From Magallana gigas (lineage: Eukaryota), in the NCBI RefSeq assembly GCF_963853765.1, contig NC_088860.1:6200001-6264000 (forward strand): 64,000 bases of DNA, given 5' to 3'. Below, piece by piece: positions 52,516 through 64,000 of the stretch. The notes under the pieces are model-generated. The model did not search any database. It was not told the DNA's origin and was given only the letters and a program-made list of their open reading frames with translations. The translations under genes and the position numbers were made by a program. Within the stretch, counting starts at the first letter, position 1. Every line of letters starts with the position of its first letter.

Positions 52516-52628
52516 TTAAGAAACCATTTATTTTAAAATCCTGCTATATTGCTTAAGTATTTTTTAAAAATATTACAAAGTTTTTCTGAATCAAATTAAT
52601 TTTTTGACGTTTTAGTTCCAGTTAAACA

Positions 52629-53557
52629 ATGTTGGGACTAATAATTCTTGGAATCACCTGTGGCCTTGCCACAGCAACTTATCCTAGCTATGATTATTCT
52701 TCCCAACTTGGATATGGTTCTGGCTATCCTCTCTACAGTGGACTCGGTTCCTTGGGTGGTGGTTTAGGAATTGGCAACGGCCTTGGTTCCATTGGAGGTT
52801 TGGGACTTAACAGTGGTCTGAGCAGCGGTCTTGGCTCATTCGGAGGTTTAGGCACTGGACTCGGTTCCCTCGGCGGTTTTGGACTTGGCAGTGGACTCGG
52901 TTCCTTAGGTGGTTTAGGAATTGGCGGTTTTGGACTAAATGGGCTTGGCTCACTTAGAGGACTAGGTGGAGTGACCGGTTATACTCCAAGCTATGGTCTT
53001 GGAAACAGTATCGGATATCCGTCTTATGGTGGATTAGGATACACTGGATACTCTCCCTACCCTACCTACAATACTGGATTTGGAGGTTTGGGTGGATTAG
53101 GAAGTTTGGGAGGATTGGGATCTAACCTTGGTGGATTAGGTGGACTGAATGGAGGGTTCGGAGGATTGGGTGGATTAACCGGAGGATTGGGTGGATTAAC
53201 CGGAGGATCGGGAGGATTAACCGGAGGATTGGGTGGATTAACCGGAGGATTGGGTGGATTAAATGGAGGATTAGGTGGACTCAGTGGAGGATTGGGTGGA
53301 TTAACCGGAGGATTGGGTGGATTAACCGGAGGATTAGGTGGAGGATTTGGTGGATTGGGTGGACTCAATGGAGGTCTTATCGGCGGAGGTTTAGGATATC
53401 CTACCGGTGGTTACAGTAAGTAGGAACGCTTCTATAAAAATAGTAAAATGGTTCTATTTTTGACACAGTTCATTGTTTATTCTTATTTACTTTTTATATC
53501 TTTAAACCCATTTATAAAAGGTTTTTTTGTTTCGTTTCAGAGAAGAAAGTGTATTAA
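52629..53557 (+). CDS. Secreted Gly-rich shematrin-like protein, copy 3; join(52629..53415,53541..53557), 267 aa ending GGYKKKVY
   Basis: Same signal peptide, repeats and conserved splice sites as copies 1 and 2. Confidence 0.85.
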
Positions 53558-53803
53558 AGAATGAACGGAAATGGAATTTGTTTCTGTCTAACAGGATATC
53601 AACATAGGCGGAACATAATGTATCATGATGATGTTTTTATATTTTTGAATAAATGGTTCATTTCACTGCAACTTAAACAAGGTTTTTTTTTATTGCATGC
53701 AAATATCTTACCCTGACTCGGGACATTAATTTTGCGTAAGAATATAGTTGATTATTTGAATTTGTACCACTCGTTCGATAGAAAAATGGCTCCATACATT
53801 TAA

Positions 53804-54407
53804 AGCTGCTTGGTCCGATTTGATATTAAATTTTATGCACGCTTTTAAACGATGCTAAGTATATGTATAATAATAGGCATTGCAGTAGTTTTCCTAGTCA
53901 TTTAAGCCAAATTTCAAAGAAGAAAAATACGTACATTTGCTAACAAAACAAACGACATAAAAGGGTACCTCGTTATTTCGCCTCATGTTACAGTTCACCC
54001 CTGACGACGAGACGTCTATGGTTGTATTACGACTTTGAAATCGCTTTCAATAAAGGTCGAAATGATCAGACAAATTACAAATAAACATGAGAACGTTTTG
54101 TTCGCAAATATATCTGAAGTTTGCTTTCTTTACAATCGATGAATAGCATGCGGGTTGAATAACCCAATTATTCGGGGGACGAAACCAAACGGTTTCCTTT
54201 TCTAAACATTCCCGTGATGCATTTTGGTTTGTTTTTTCGTTTGCCCAAAAAGAAATGATTTTTATTTACTTTGAATATTTCTAATTTTGAAAGGAGACTG
54301 ATTCTGCTGGTGTAAATAGGAGAAAGTGCATAACTTTCTAAAATGAATGGTTTGCATAGAATTTTTTTTTAAATACTGTAATAACGAAAAAATCGGACCA
54401 AGCAGCT
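53804..54407. mobile_element. 604-bp non-autonomous Kolobok-like element
   Basis: 18-bp TIR AGCTGCTTGGTCCGATTT with TTAA flanks (53800-03, 54408-11). Confidence 0.85.
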
Positions 54408-54530
54408 TTAAAACCATCATAAATCGTATTGTTGAAAACATTGAAGTAGAGTATACCAATTACGATGCAGAAAATATTAAGACTAGATTTATTTTTAAAC
54501 GTTTTTATACAAATCATTCGTAGAAACGAT

Positions 54531-55553
54531 TCATGCCCTCCAATAATCTAAAAAAAAAAAAAAGGAAAAAAAGTTTTAGTACAAATTTAGTACAATATAG
54601 TAGGCATATATTATAATTAATAAACTAAAGTAGTCAGCATGAAAATAAGCAATTGCAAGTTTATATATACCCTAGACCAATCCTTTCTATCCAAATTATG
54701 ATTAATATAAAATATAATATTAAGGTAACTCCATACTCGTACAATTCTCTGATGAAAGTTGAAAATCATAACTGATTACAACTAAATAAACTTAAATTTC
54801 ATCAATTATTAGAAAAAATATACATGAAATCACACTTCTTGAGATGTCAGATAAACATGACCTAAAGCGTATTTTAGGATCAGAAAACCGTACTTTTTTG
54901 TTAAGTAAAATCTTTGTAGGCAGAAACTTGTTTATCTTTTCTAATTTTATTGTTAACTGTGTTAGAAAACTAAAACTACAAACACATTTTAAAATTGGTT
55001 GTTGGGATTAGAAAAATTATAGCATTTAGACATACAACTGAGAGAAAAGTCAGAAAAAGAGTTATTTCCCCTTAGCATAGATGAAATGTATAAAAAATTG
55101 TAAATTTAGGATAGAATTAAGCTGCAAATATATCTTGAACTTAACAGTATTCTAATTACATCCATGTGATTATATTCACATAAAATTGATAAAACTATCA
55201 TGCACAAATTTTAAAGAATTCAAAGTTTTACAATAAAGTATGACATCACAGAAAACTGGATCTACTTTAAGGTTGCCTGTATACTTACGTCCATTGGGTC
55301 CTCCTAAAAGACCACCTCCGATGTTTCCCGTAGGATAGCCTCTAAAAGGATAATCTTCATATTTATTGCCAATTAAACCTACGCTTCCACTGGTCAATCC
55401 ACCAAAGAGAGACCCACCACCAAACAGCCTGTTATACGTATTACTGATTCCGTATGTTGGATAAATGGACCACATGTGACCACCGTAGCAAAAACCAGGA
55501 AAGATGGCACAAACAATTCCAAAGAGGAGACTCACGAACAGTAGGCCACTCAT
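54531..55553 (-). CDS. Small secreted Gly/Tyr-rich protein, divergent cluster member; complement(join(54531..54547,55289..55553)), about 93 aa ending GPNGHYWRA
   Basis: Signal-like MSGLLFVSLLFGIVCA, with YPTYG and GYPTG motifs shared with the paralogs. Phase-1 donor GGAC|GTAAGT at 55289/88. Strong poly-T acceptor TTTTTTAG|ATTATTGGAGGGCATGA at 54548/47, then AATAAA about 40 nt after the stop. If unspliced it would end at 55176. Confidence 0.65.
54724..55140. mobile_element. Probable truncated Kolobok-like element in intron 2 of the minus-strand gene
   Basis: TTAA-GGTAACTCCATAC left end resembles the other GG-start TTAA elements. No matching right TIR was found; the right boundary is approximate. 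Confidence 0.45.
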
Positions 55554-55677
55554 TCTGATAGTTTTTATACCCAATTTTACAGATCTAAATATCAAATATA
55601 AATATGGAATGAAACAAGCTGTTGGCAGCAATCAATGAGAAAGACCCAAGTCAAGATTAAAACGCACAGTTAATCAC

Positions 55678-55731
55678 CGCTTAGAGAATGATGGGCACTG
55701 GAGATACGCACGCTTCAGAATAGATTTTATA
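55678..55731 (-). promoter_or_regulatory. Candidate TATA box and short non-coding exon 1 of the minus-strand gene
   Basis: TATAAAA at 55731-55725 (minus), donor GCG|GTGATT at 55678/77, acceptor TTTAG at 55585; mirrors the architecture of the plus-strand paralogs. Confidence 0.45.
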
Positions 55732-56552
55732 TTTGTTCTTTTTAACGAGATTTATACAAATTGAACACTGGAGCCCTTATTTTTGTAGTGCTATGATCAC
55801 TTTCAAATAATAGGCCAATGAATTACTTTTCATGTTTGTTAGAATATGTCTTTACTCAAGTTATCTAACCCCGAAGTACCTGGAATTCACCCGTTCATGA
55901 ACTGTTATTATTGTTTGCCTGCTATTACTAGTGCCTGTGAATACCGGTAATCCCTGAAAATGGCACAACCTCACCAAGGTTGTCTTTATTTTGAAATTAT
56001 TACAAATGAGAAAACGATTTGAAGAGTGGAAAACAGTGAAAAATGGATTGTTTTACAAAGTATTAAAAAAATTATCTAAACATCAAAATACACTTAACTT
56101 AAAATCTAAATTTATTCCGAATTGTTCTAACAGCTACATTTTTTTCATTCGATAATACAAAAAGTTGTATAATACGAGCGCTCAATCACTAACACTTATC
56201 TGTATTTTAGCATTAAATCTTATGAAGTCAATACTCCAAAGGTTGATGTACTACTTAAAGTGGTTCATTCTAATTTATTATTATTATTATCTTTTTTTTG
56301 TTTTCACGCCAATTTTCTGAACTTATAAACGTAATTATATCAATGTAAAATATCTTTAAAAAAAGATATGAAAAAATTAAATTTGTTCCAGATGATTGTT
56401 TTCTAAAAATTGAAAGTTTAATAATGATTTGGTATATTTTTGTAATAAATTTTAATCTTGCGTCTTCAGCTAAATACAAAACATTTATCATCTACAGTAC
56501 ACATATTTCTCTATGCAATTAAAACCTTTAAACTGCCAAAAAAGAGATATAA

Positions 56553-58150
56553 GTTAGTATAAGAACTAAACAGATTGCACGATCAGTATGTACTGGTCCC
56601 TGCTGATAAGTCAAGTAACAACATTGTCTTTGTTTTAAAGCACATTATATTAATTGCATTTTCAAAGAACTAGGTTTCGATTCTACACATGGTAATCCTA
56701 CTTTTACCCATAGCAGCCTTTCCAAGCAGGAAATACTTCAAAATCATAAATCGGTTATGGATATCTTTAATATCCCTAATAAACATAATGATTTTAATTT
56801 ACCTTATTTGTACTTGATTCAGAAGCTTCACAAAAGTCCTTACAAACAGAGATATATAGCAGGTTCCAGTACATGTTCGTTCTACCAAACCTCCCTCTTT
56901 ACTCCTTACGAAATTTCTTACAGTAGTGAAGGAGAAACTTGAAGAGTACTGTACAACAATATCCTCCAGAAGTGGTGTGAATCAGATGTGGATACTAAAA
57001 AACCTCTAAAGAATCATTAGAAACTTTGAGGTCACAAAACCTTACCAAAATCAATAGCATCAAAATGTACGATTTCCAACGCTTTATACAACCATTCCCC
57101 ATGACAAATTAAAATCTAGGCTTTTTGATATCATCGACAGCTGTTTCTTCAATAAAAATGGAAGTAAAAATGCTTATCTTATCAATGGAAATATAAAAAA
57201 TTATTTTGTTAAGAGCCTTTCTGATTGCACACACAAGTACTCTGAAATTGATTTTAAAAATATGCTCTCAGAGTTTCTGATAGACAACATCTATGTAGAT
57301 TTTGGAAAGCAAGTCTTCCAACAATCTGTTGAAATTCCCATGGGTACCAATTGTGCCCTATTGTTAGCAGAGCTATTTTTGTATTCTTATGAAGAAGAAT
57401 TTATTTAAAAACTTGTTCGTGAAAAAAATAATAAATCACTCGCTGTGGCATTCAAGTCAACATTCAGGTATATCGACGACGTATTATCTTATAACAATTG
57501 TTATTTCCATTCTTACTTCGAATCGATATATCCAGTGAACTTGAAATAAAAGATACCACAGAGTCTGTGTCAACTGTTTCATATTTGGATAGTTTACTGC
57601 AAATGGACATTGATTGTAACCTAACACCAAAACTTTATGATAAACTCGATGACGTCAATTTTTCTATAATCATCTTTCTTTAATTATGTAGCAACATACC
57701 TTCATGACTTGTCTGCGGACTTTTCCATTTTGTTTCCCGATTACGACAAAGAGCAACAGCGGGTGTGATCGGTCAGCAGAGGATGCTTACTTCTCCTAGG
57801 CACCGGGGGCTCGTAACATAAAGGGTACTTGAGTCTAAGACAGTGCTTAAGCAGGACTTATGTACATTCTTAGACTTAAGTCCGTTACTAGAAGAGTGTT
57901 TAGCTAGGATAATTTACCTAAAAAGGCGGCCGGTAGAGGTGAAATGTTATAAGACATACTAAAATAGGACTTATGTAGGTCCTAAGGATCCGCCTAAGTC
58001 CTACTTATGACCCTACTTAAGTCAACATCTTAGCATGCTTACGTAACGAGCCCCTGACCCTATCTCTATCTTTTTGGAGGTCCGTATTGCTCTGCTTTGA
58101 ATTTGTAATTTGTTTTATGGACTTTTGAGATGGTTGACGGTTTCTTATTG
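56553..58150 (+). mobile_element. 5'-truncated, degenerate Penelope-like retroelement (Naiad-type RT) with its 3' end
   Basis: Conceptual translation across frameshifts gives VLVPADKSSNNIVF, KLHKSPYKQRYIAGS, IPMGTNCA, FRYIDDVL and KLYDKLDDVNF, with no GIY-YIG domain after the RT. Confidence 0.75.
57807..58053. mobile_element. About 247-bp PIF/Harbinger-like MITE inserted in the Penelope-like 3' end
   Basis: TIR GGGCTCGT(A/T)AC(A/G)TAA. It splits GGCACCTGA(T/C)CC (intact at about 58613), consistent with a 3-bp CTG TSD whose left copy reads CGG. Confidence 0.65.
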
Positions 58151-58254
58151 TCATTTTTTCATTGCAGTACTTTACTGCATGCATTATCAAGGTATATCAA
58201 ACGTTAAATATGTTGCTATATATTTAATGTACATACGTGTATTTTTGGTTATAT

Positions 58255-58720
58255 TACTTTCCTTACTTATGTAGCAATATATCTTTATCACCTGCATTGT
58301 GTGTTTTTGTCTCTGAGTTTATTCGGTACACAAAGGCATGATCTTCGTATGAAGAAATTCTAAGGCGAGGCAAGATATTGACAAACGGTCTCGTTTGAAG
58401 TCATCTTTTCGTAAGTTCTGTGGTTGATACAACGACCTTGTCAGCAAATACAATCTTCCACTGGGTCGCATGCTGAATAACGTTTTTCATACTTATTGTG
58501 GGACTATAATTAATTACCTAATTGTCTAAGGACTTTTCCGTTTTTTCCCGATTACGATAAAGAGCACACGGCGGGTGTGACTGGTCAGCAAAGGATACTC
58601 CCTCCTCCTCGGCACCTGATCCTACCTATATCTTTTTAGAGGTCCGTGTTGTTCTTCGTTGAATTTGTATTTCGTTTTATGGATTTGTGAGATGTTTGAC
58701 AGTTTGTTATTGTCAATTTT
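58255..58720 (+). mobile_element. Second tandem Penelope-like fragment (RT thumb C-terminus and 3' end)
   Basis: Degenerate LCSNI..SPA..VFVS..IRY...RLKSSFRKF..YNDLVSKY, followed by a second copy of the GCGGGTGTGAC..GTCAGCA...GGCACCTGATCC 3' sequence. Confidence 0.7.
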
Positions 58721-60012
58721 CATTACTTGTTTTAAGTATCAATCATAAGAGCCATCCTATTTATCTTAAAACAAATAACCGTAGCTACAAACACAAGTTC
58801 ATATCCCTTTTTTAATGCAAGAACAGAACAACAGGTAATTTTATACTGTAGCACCCCCCTCCCCCCGAAAAAGTAAAAAATAAAAAACAAAACATAAAAA
58901 ACACACACACGCAAACAAAACACGAAACGGAGAATGGGGTACAAAACCGCTATACACGACACAACACTTTACATTATGAAGAAATTATCATTTTTAATTA
59001 CTTATATCAAAGGCATCCATATACACGTATTCGACAAATTAAAAAAGACCAAGCATATTAAAAAAAGGTAACGCAAGTCTTTTATTTGACTCAAGGGAAA
59101 AATTAACTGCACTTTATCAAACGACTTAAAGACAAGATACTCTGTCTCCTTCCACCACATTTGAGTTAAATGAATATTATGGATCAAATATTTGAAGAAT
59201 AACTTATGAAGCCGTACATAAAAAATGTTTAACTGAACAACAAGGGAGTTGATAAAAGTTCAGTATATGTAAAACTAAATATATATGTGAAACCAAATAA
59301 TAATAATTGATCGATCCAATATTCACTGGTCACTTATCATTTTATTAATTTTTGTTTTGTTCTGAACAAAGATGTTTATGAAACACGGTGTTAGTGAATT
59401 TAAACAATATGCAATAAGTAATTATTGTGGAAGGATTTTCCTTAATTTTTATCTTTTCGAAGCAGTAATGAAAAAAAAGATCAACAAATTATATAAAAAT
59501 GTGAACCGAGTAAATGTTGAGGCCAGTCTTAAACAAACAATACTTGACAAGGACATTTTTATTTAATATTTTTAATGAAACAAGGTTTCCATGTACGATT
59601 GTCATTTTGGAGTTAACAATGATAATTTAAAATAAAAACTTTATGGATAATGTGACTTATCCCTTTGGTAGGATTATATGTGTCCAAAGTAACGGAACAA
59701 CTTTCGATAAAGAAACCTGTGTACTCTATTAAATACAGATATTATTATATCATGTATTGTAGCAAATTGTAAGTCCAAGTAAAATCCTTAAATTTTATTT
59801 TTTGTATTTAGAAATCATTTTTAAGAGATTGCTCTTACACTAATCTATAGCCATCGATGCTAAAACATTAATTTATGAAAAGTTGCATACAAGGCAAGAT
59901 GAATAAAGATATACATGTACCATCAATTTCAAAATAGAAGGAAAAGACAAAAGAGAAAATGAAAATTCATTCATCCATTTAATGTAATACCAGTGTATTT
60001 TGAATACCTCTA

Positions 60013-60375
60013 TGGCACGCCAAATTCACAAAAATGAACTAAACATAGTTTCACAGTCGATAAACTAGATTTATCAGCTGTTAACTAAAGTTTACAGATC
60101 CTAAACTTTAGTAAACGATTCGTTAACTATAGTTTACATCTGTGAAACTATATTTCACGAATCTAAACTATAGTTTACCAATGATAATCATAGTTTATCT
60201 ATCTGTAAAAACGTTAACAATAGATTTTGCTGATAAATACAGATTCACATTTGTTAATTATAATTTACAATCGTATACTATAGTTAAGAGTTGTTAATTA
60301 TAGTTTCACAAATCGTGAACCTACATTTATCAGACAAATTCACAAAAATGAGCTAAACATAGTTTCACAGTTGAT
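60013..60375. mobile_element. Partial copy of the 14971 MITE family with internal AAACTATAGTTT-type repeats
   Basis: TGGCACGCCAAATTCACAAAAATGA left end, internal re-start CAAATTCACAAAAATGAG near 60335; no right TIR seen. Confidence 0.55.
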
Positions 60376-60552
60376 ATTCATCTGAATATATCTTTTTTGT
60401 AGGTATTTAAGTATATGATCCGTTTTTACTATATGGCATTGCTTTGTTAAAAAACTCGGTATCTGTCCGATATTTTCCACTGTCAAATGATTAAGGATTA
60501 ACAAGCATTGCTGTTTTTTTCTCTGCGCAAACAGTATACTCTAAATAATCCC

Positions 60553-60556
<4 letters not shown>

Positions 60557-60636
<80 letters not shown>

Positions 60637-60640
60637 TATA
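60557..60640. repeat. (TA)n microsatellite
   Basis: Direct reading. Confidence 0.95.
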
Positions 60641-60801
60641 TTCATCTGAATATATCTTTTTTGTAGGTATTTAAATATATGATCCGTTTTTACTATATGG
60701 CATTGCTTTGTTAAAAAACTCGGTATCTGTCCGATATTTTCCACTGTCAAATGATTAAGGATTAACAAGCATTGCTGTTTTTTTTCTCTGCGCAAACAGT
60801 A

Positions 60802-60946
60802 NNNNNNNNNNNNNNNNNNNNNNNNNNNNNNNNNNNNNNNNNNNNNNNNNNNNNNNNNNNNNNNNNNNNNNNNNNNNNNNNNNNNNNNNNNNNNNNNNNN
60901 NNNNNNNNNNNNNNNNNNNNNNNNNNNNNNNNNNNNNNNNNNNNNN
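60802..60946. other. Assembly gap (145 N)
   Basis: Run of N. Confidence 1.
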
Positions 60947-61710
60947 TATTGTTTGGCGATATTCAAACCAAATAAAGCAGTGATGTAAAGAAAAACAATA
61001 AAATGACTTTTTGTTAACAAGGGTTACCGTTAACAAGCGGTACTATTTTTTTAATATGAATATTACAAATCGGGAATTTTCAATTATAGCGGTATCCATG
61101 ACGTAACAGTCAAGTAAAAACCACTAGTAAGAACAAACTTACCACAACAGCAGCATTTTTGATAGGTCACAACATTTGTTATTTAAAGTTTTTATCTTCA
61201 TGTATGCTAGTATATTCGATTATCGATCATACAAATGTATATGATTGGTTTTTGACAATGCACACAATTGAGTACATGAATATACAAATCATTATAACGA
61301 CATCCACTAGAAGCTGTATTTATTTTCCATAAACAGAACTTTATCTGATTTCTCTTATTTTCTCAATGGACATTATACAGCAAAAATACAACTGCGAATA
61401 TCGGTAAAGAAAAATCAAGGGCAGGTTAAAAATATATTAAATGAGAAAGGAAAAGTAGATTGTATATGTTTTACAATATTTTTGTTCATTACCATTAGTT
61501 GAAAAAACAATATTATTAGCAATTTTTAAATTGGCTTAATTTCGAAAGCGATTGATTTTAAATTAAACCTAGAATATTTTTACCTTCAAACACTTTAAAT
61601 CGATGATGTTGGGCTTTATAAGCGATTGCAGTTATTTCAATATATTTACATTTACCAAGTGTCATTCCCTCTATGTCTTACGGAAACTTATAGTTAATTC
61701 ATAGCTCTAT

Positions 61711-61891
61711 AGAAACAGCCAGACTGAAATCTATACGCCCCGTTTATCGATTGGTCGAAAGCTGCAGTGGCTGAAACTGACAGGACAGATATCGACACGC
61801 CCTGTTTATCGATTGGCCCAAACCTACAGCTACCTAAAAAAAAATCACGGACTGCACGAAATGTCTCACATGAGACGATTTGGCTGTTTCT
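61711..61891. mobile_element. Possible 181-bp MITE (11-bp TIR AGAAACAGCCA)
   Basis: Short TIR, an internal direct repeat ACGCCC(C/T)GTTTATCGATTGG twice, and hairpin GTCTCACATGAGAC; no clear TSD. Confidence 0.4.
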
Positions 61892-61985
61892 TTTAGCTAA
61901 CGTACATACGTACATTAACAGTATTATTAAAGTTTACTTTCTTTTCTTAATCAATTTATCAATTAGCTTAAAGAAAATATATTAA

Positions 61986-62154
61986 TTTAAACAATAAAAT
62001 GCTTTCTTTGATGATTCACGTGGGTTATGAAGGTAGCGATCATTGTAGAAAAAAATTAAAAAACTGGCTATCGCGGGTTATGTATTTTTAGTTATGTCGC
62101 TACCTTCATATCCCGAATGAATCACCAAAAAAAAGCAGCATTTTATTGTTTAAA
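61986..62154. mobile_element. Palindromic MITE-like element (about 55-60-bp imperfect arms)
   Basis: TTTAAACAATAAAATGC...GGGTTATGAAGGTAGCGA pairs with TCGCTACCTTCATATCCC...GCATTTTATTGTTTAAA. Confidence 0.7.
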
Positions 62155-63436
62155 TAATGAAAGTCATAAATCTCGATTTCCGTTTTCGTTATGAAATAGA
62201 ACGGAATTTTAGATACACCTACATGTATATATTGTAATGGTTTAACACACATAGTAAACATGTTAACCATTCTTAGATTTAATGTTTGAATACTGCAAGA
62301 TGAAAAAGAACATATTAAGATGAATACATGTCAAAGGATTTACAAAGACACCATTGTTTTGCAGTAGTTGCTATGCAATTGATCAAACATCAGTATAATG
62401 TTTCAAGTAATGTTAAACTCACCGACCTTGGTTAGATTGCGATTTCAAGCGACTTGAAGTTTGCCAGAAGTTTGAAATTTATGATGACAGATAACATTTT
62501 TGACGGCTTTGTATCTTCTTGCGTTAGGAAAGATACGTAAAGATACATGTACAAAAATTCATTGAGGAAGTTGATTTATTAATCAATAAGTATTTACCTT
62601 CCCAAACGTAAAGTTTATCAATTGAAAGAGAAAAGGACATTTCATTGTGCAATTATAAATGCTTAAAACAAAATGACATTTGTCGTCCTACCACAAAAAC
62701 CATTAAACTCAGCGTAAGTTCAATCACTGTAACACCTCACTGAACTTAGCCTCACCACAGTGAACATTAATTTGTACGTTTGAATTGATATATAAACCTG
62801 CTTTGATTTCGATCCAACATGTTCTTTAGATATATCAAAGCAGTTAAATTTGGATTAGATGGTTTTTAAACTTATTTTTCAACTTTAAAAGCTTAAAGAA
62901 ATGTTCTCAACTTCATTTTCACTATATTTTTCTTAGAAAAAAAAAAAAAACCAAACATGCTTCTTAACATTTATTTCATTTATCAATTTTTCAAAGCCAT
63001 TTTCACAATGTTTTTAAACATTGATATACTTGATATACATATATCGACATGCATTTAATTTTCAGATCTTGGTTTCTTAACATGATCAATTATTTTTTAT
63101 ATTCAACCTGTTTATGTTATGTGCGTTTTGGGTTTTTTTCACCATCTTCATTATTAACATTTTAAAAGAATTCCAGTGATGAAGAAAAGGTTTACACGTC
63201 TGTTTAGTCCTTACCATTTAATATTCTTAAATGATATTAGATTTGACATTATAACTGAAAACCAACTTATACACAATGTAACTTTATTCAAATTTTTTTA
63301 GATAGTTTTAAAAATAAAATGCAGTAATTAGATCAAACCAAGAATTATTGTTTCTTTAAAAATATTGTTCAAACATCACATTAAGTGCTTGACAATGGTT
63401 AAAAATGTAGATATGTTTCTATCATTTAGGACCAAA

Positions 63437-64000
63437 ATGATTTCCCGCTTACTCTTTGCCATCCTCCTTGGGCTGACCTGTGCCACCTATCCAACTTACA
63501 CCACAGGTGGATCATATCTTCCTTATACAGCAGGTAGAATCCAGGGTCTAGGATTTCAAACCCTTCCTTATTCCACCGCTAAAATAGGAAATTTTGGCCT
63601 ACAAACCTATTTTCCCAGCACGTACAACACATTTGGCAATGGATACTACCCATCATCATCCTACCTATTCAACGCTGCTTCCTATCCAACTGTGGTCAGC
63701 CATTATCTGTACTTCCCCGGTGGAAACCCATGGGAACCTGGTAGGAACTTTATTGATCTGAGAGTAAACCCCTATCCCTGGTACTTGGGATATTATGGAG
63801 GACTTGGTGACGCTGGGTTTGGAAGCACCACTCTTCCAGGAAGTTATGGAACGTTTGGAGGTTCTTTGGGCTACCCCGCTGGTTTTGGTGGATTTCTCTC
63901 TAACGGATTAACTGATATTCCAACCGTTGGGTTTCCAACTGGTTCCAATTTTGGTCTTGATCCGTCTTTCTCAACTCTTACTGGCAGTCTCGGGTTTGGA
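63437..64000 (+). CDS. Secreted Tyr/Gly/Pro-rich shell-matrix-like protein, 3'-incomplete (188 codons open to the window end)
   Basis: Read by hand: MISRLLFAILLGLTCATYPTYTTGGSYLPY...YPWYLGYYGGLG...GSLGYPAGFGG... with no stop. The signal peptide ends in A-TYP like the paralogs, and a TTTAG acceptor lies 7 nt before the ATG. It is absent from the ORF track because it has no stop in the window. Confidence 0.85.
   Translation, partial: MISRLLFAILLGLTCATYPTYTTGGSYLPYTAGRIQGLGFQTLPYSTAKIGNFGLQTYFPSTYNTFGNGYYPSSSYLFNAASYPTVVSHYLYFPGGNPWEPGRNFIDLRVNPYPWYLGYYGGLGDAGFGSTTLPGSYGTFGGSLGYPAGFGGFLSNGLTDIPTVGFPTGSNFGLDPSFSTLTGSLGFG

Larger units (their letters stand above)
55730..59870 (+). repeat. Older, more diverged paralog of the spacer at about 26265-28290, interrupted by Penelope-like fragments
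   Basis: Collinear matches such as GTGCTATG...CACTTTCAAATA, CCTGCTATTACTAGTGCCTGTGAATA, TATAATACGAGCGCT, CCAAAGGTTGATGTAC and CAAAGTAACGGAACAACTTTCGATAAAGAAA. Confidence 0.8.

Noticed and set aside
60377-60801. 160-bp direct duplication flanking the (TA)n tract
   Set aside because: It abuts the N gap and a long TA run and differs by only 1 substitution and 1 T; most likely an assembly or haplotype artefact.
60556-61036. ORFs spanning the gap
   Set aside because: They are built from N runs and the TA microsatellite.

Overview
AT-rich eukaryotic genomic DNA, most likely a bivalve mollusc of oyster type. This is an inference from the repeat families and the shell-matrix-like genes. It contains: (1) about 15 kb of repeat-rich sequence with two minisatellites, several MITE-like elements and only degenerate exon-like relics; (2) a complete 7-coding-exon HSPA13/STCH gene (16004-19046, +, 432 aa) with a probable GC-AG intron; (3) a cluster of five secreted Gly/Tyr-rich, shematrin-like genes: three near-identical GGL-repeat paralogs (25145, 31550, 52629, +), one divergent inverted gene (55553, -) and one gene running off the window end (63437, +) that the ORF track misses. 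The four complete genes appear to share a short non-coding first exon, one large coding exon and a phase-1 17-nt terminal coding micro-exon. That micro-exon changes the C-terminus of the three paralogs from the ORF-track ...GYSK to ...GYKKKVY. The middle paralog looks like a hybrid made by unequal crossing-over. The second copy of the duplicated spacer has grown from about 5.6 to about 20 kb through a 4.4-kb TTAA/TIR element, a full-length but broken Gmr1-type Ty3/gypsy LTR retrotransposon (SCAN-like gag, PR-IN-RT-RH order, tRNA-Leu PBS) with two nested TTAA elements, and a further TTAA element. Naiad-type Penelope-like fragments and an assembly gap lie near the right end. No CRISPR, rRNA or tRNA genes were seen.
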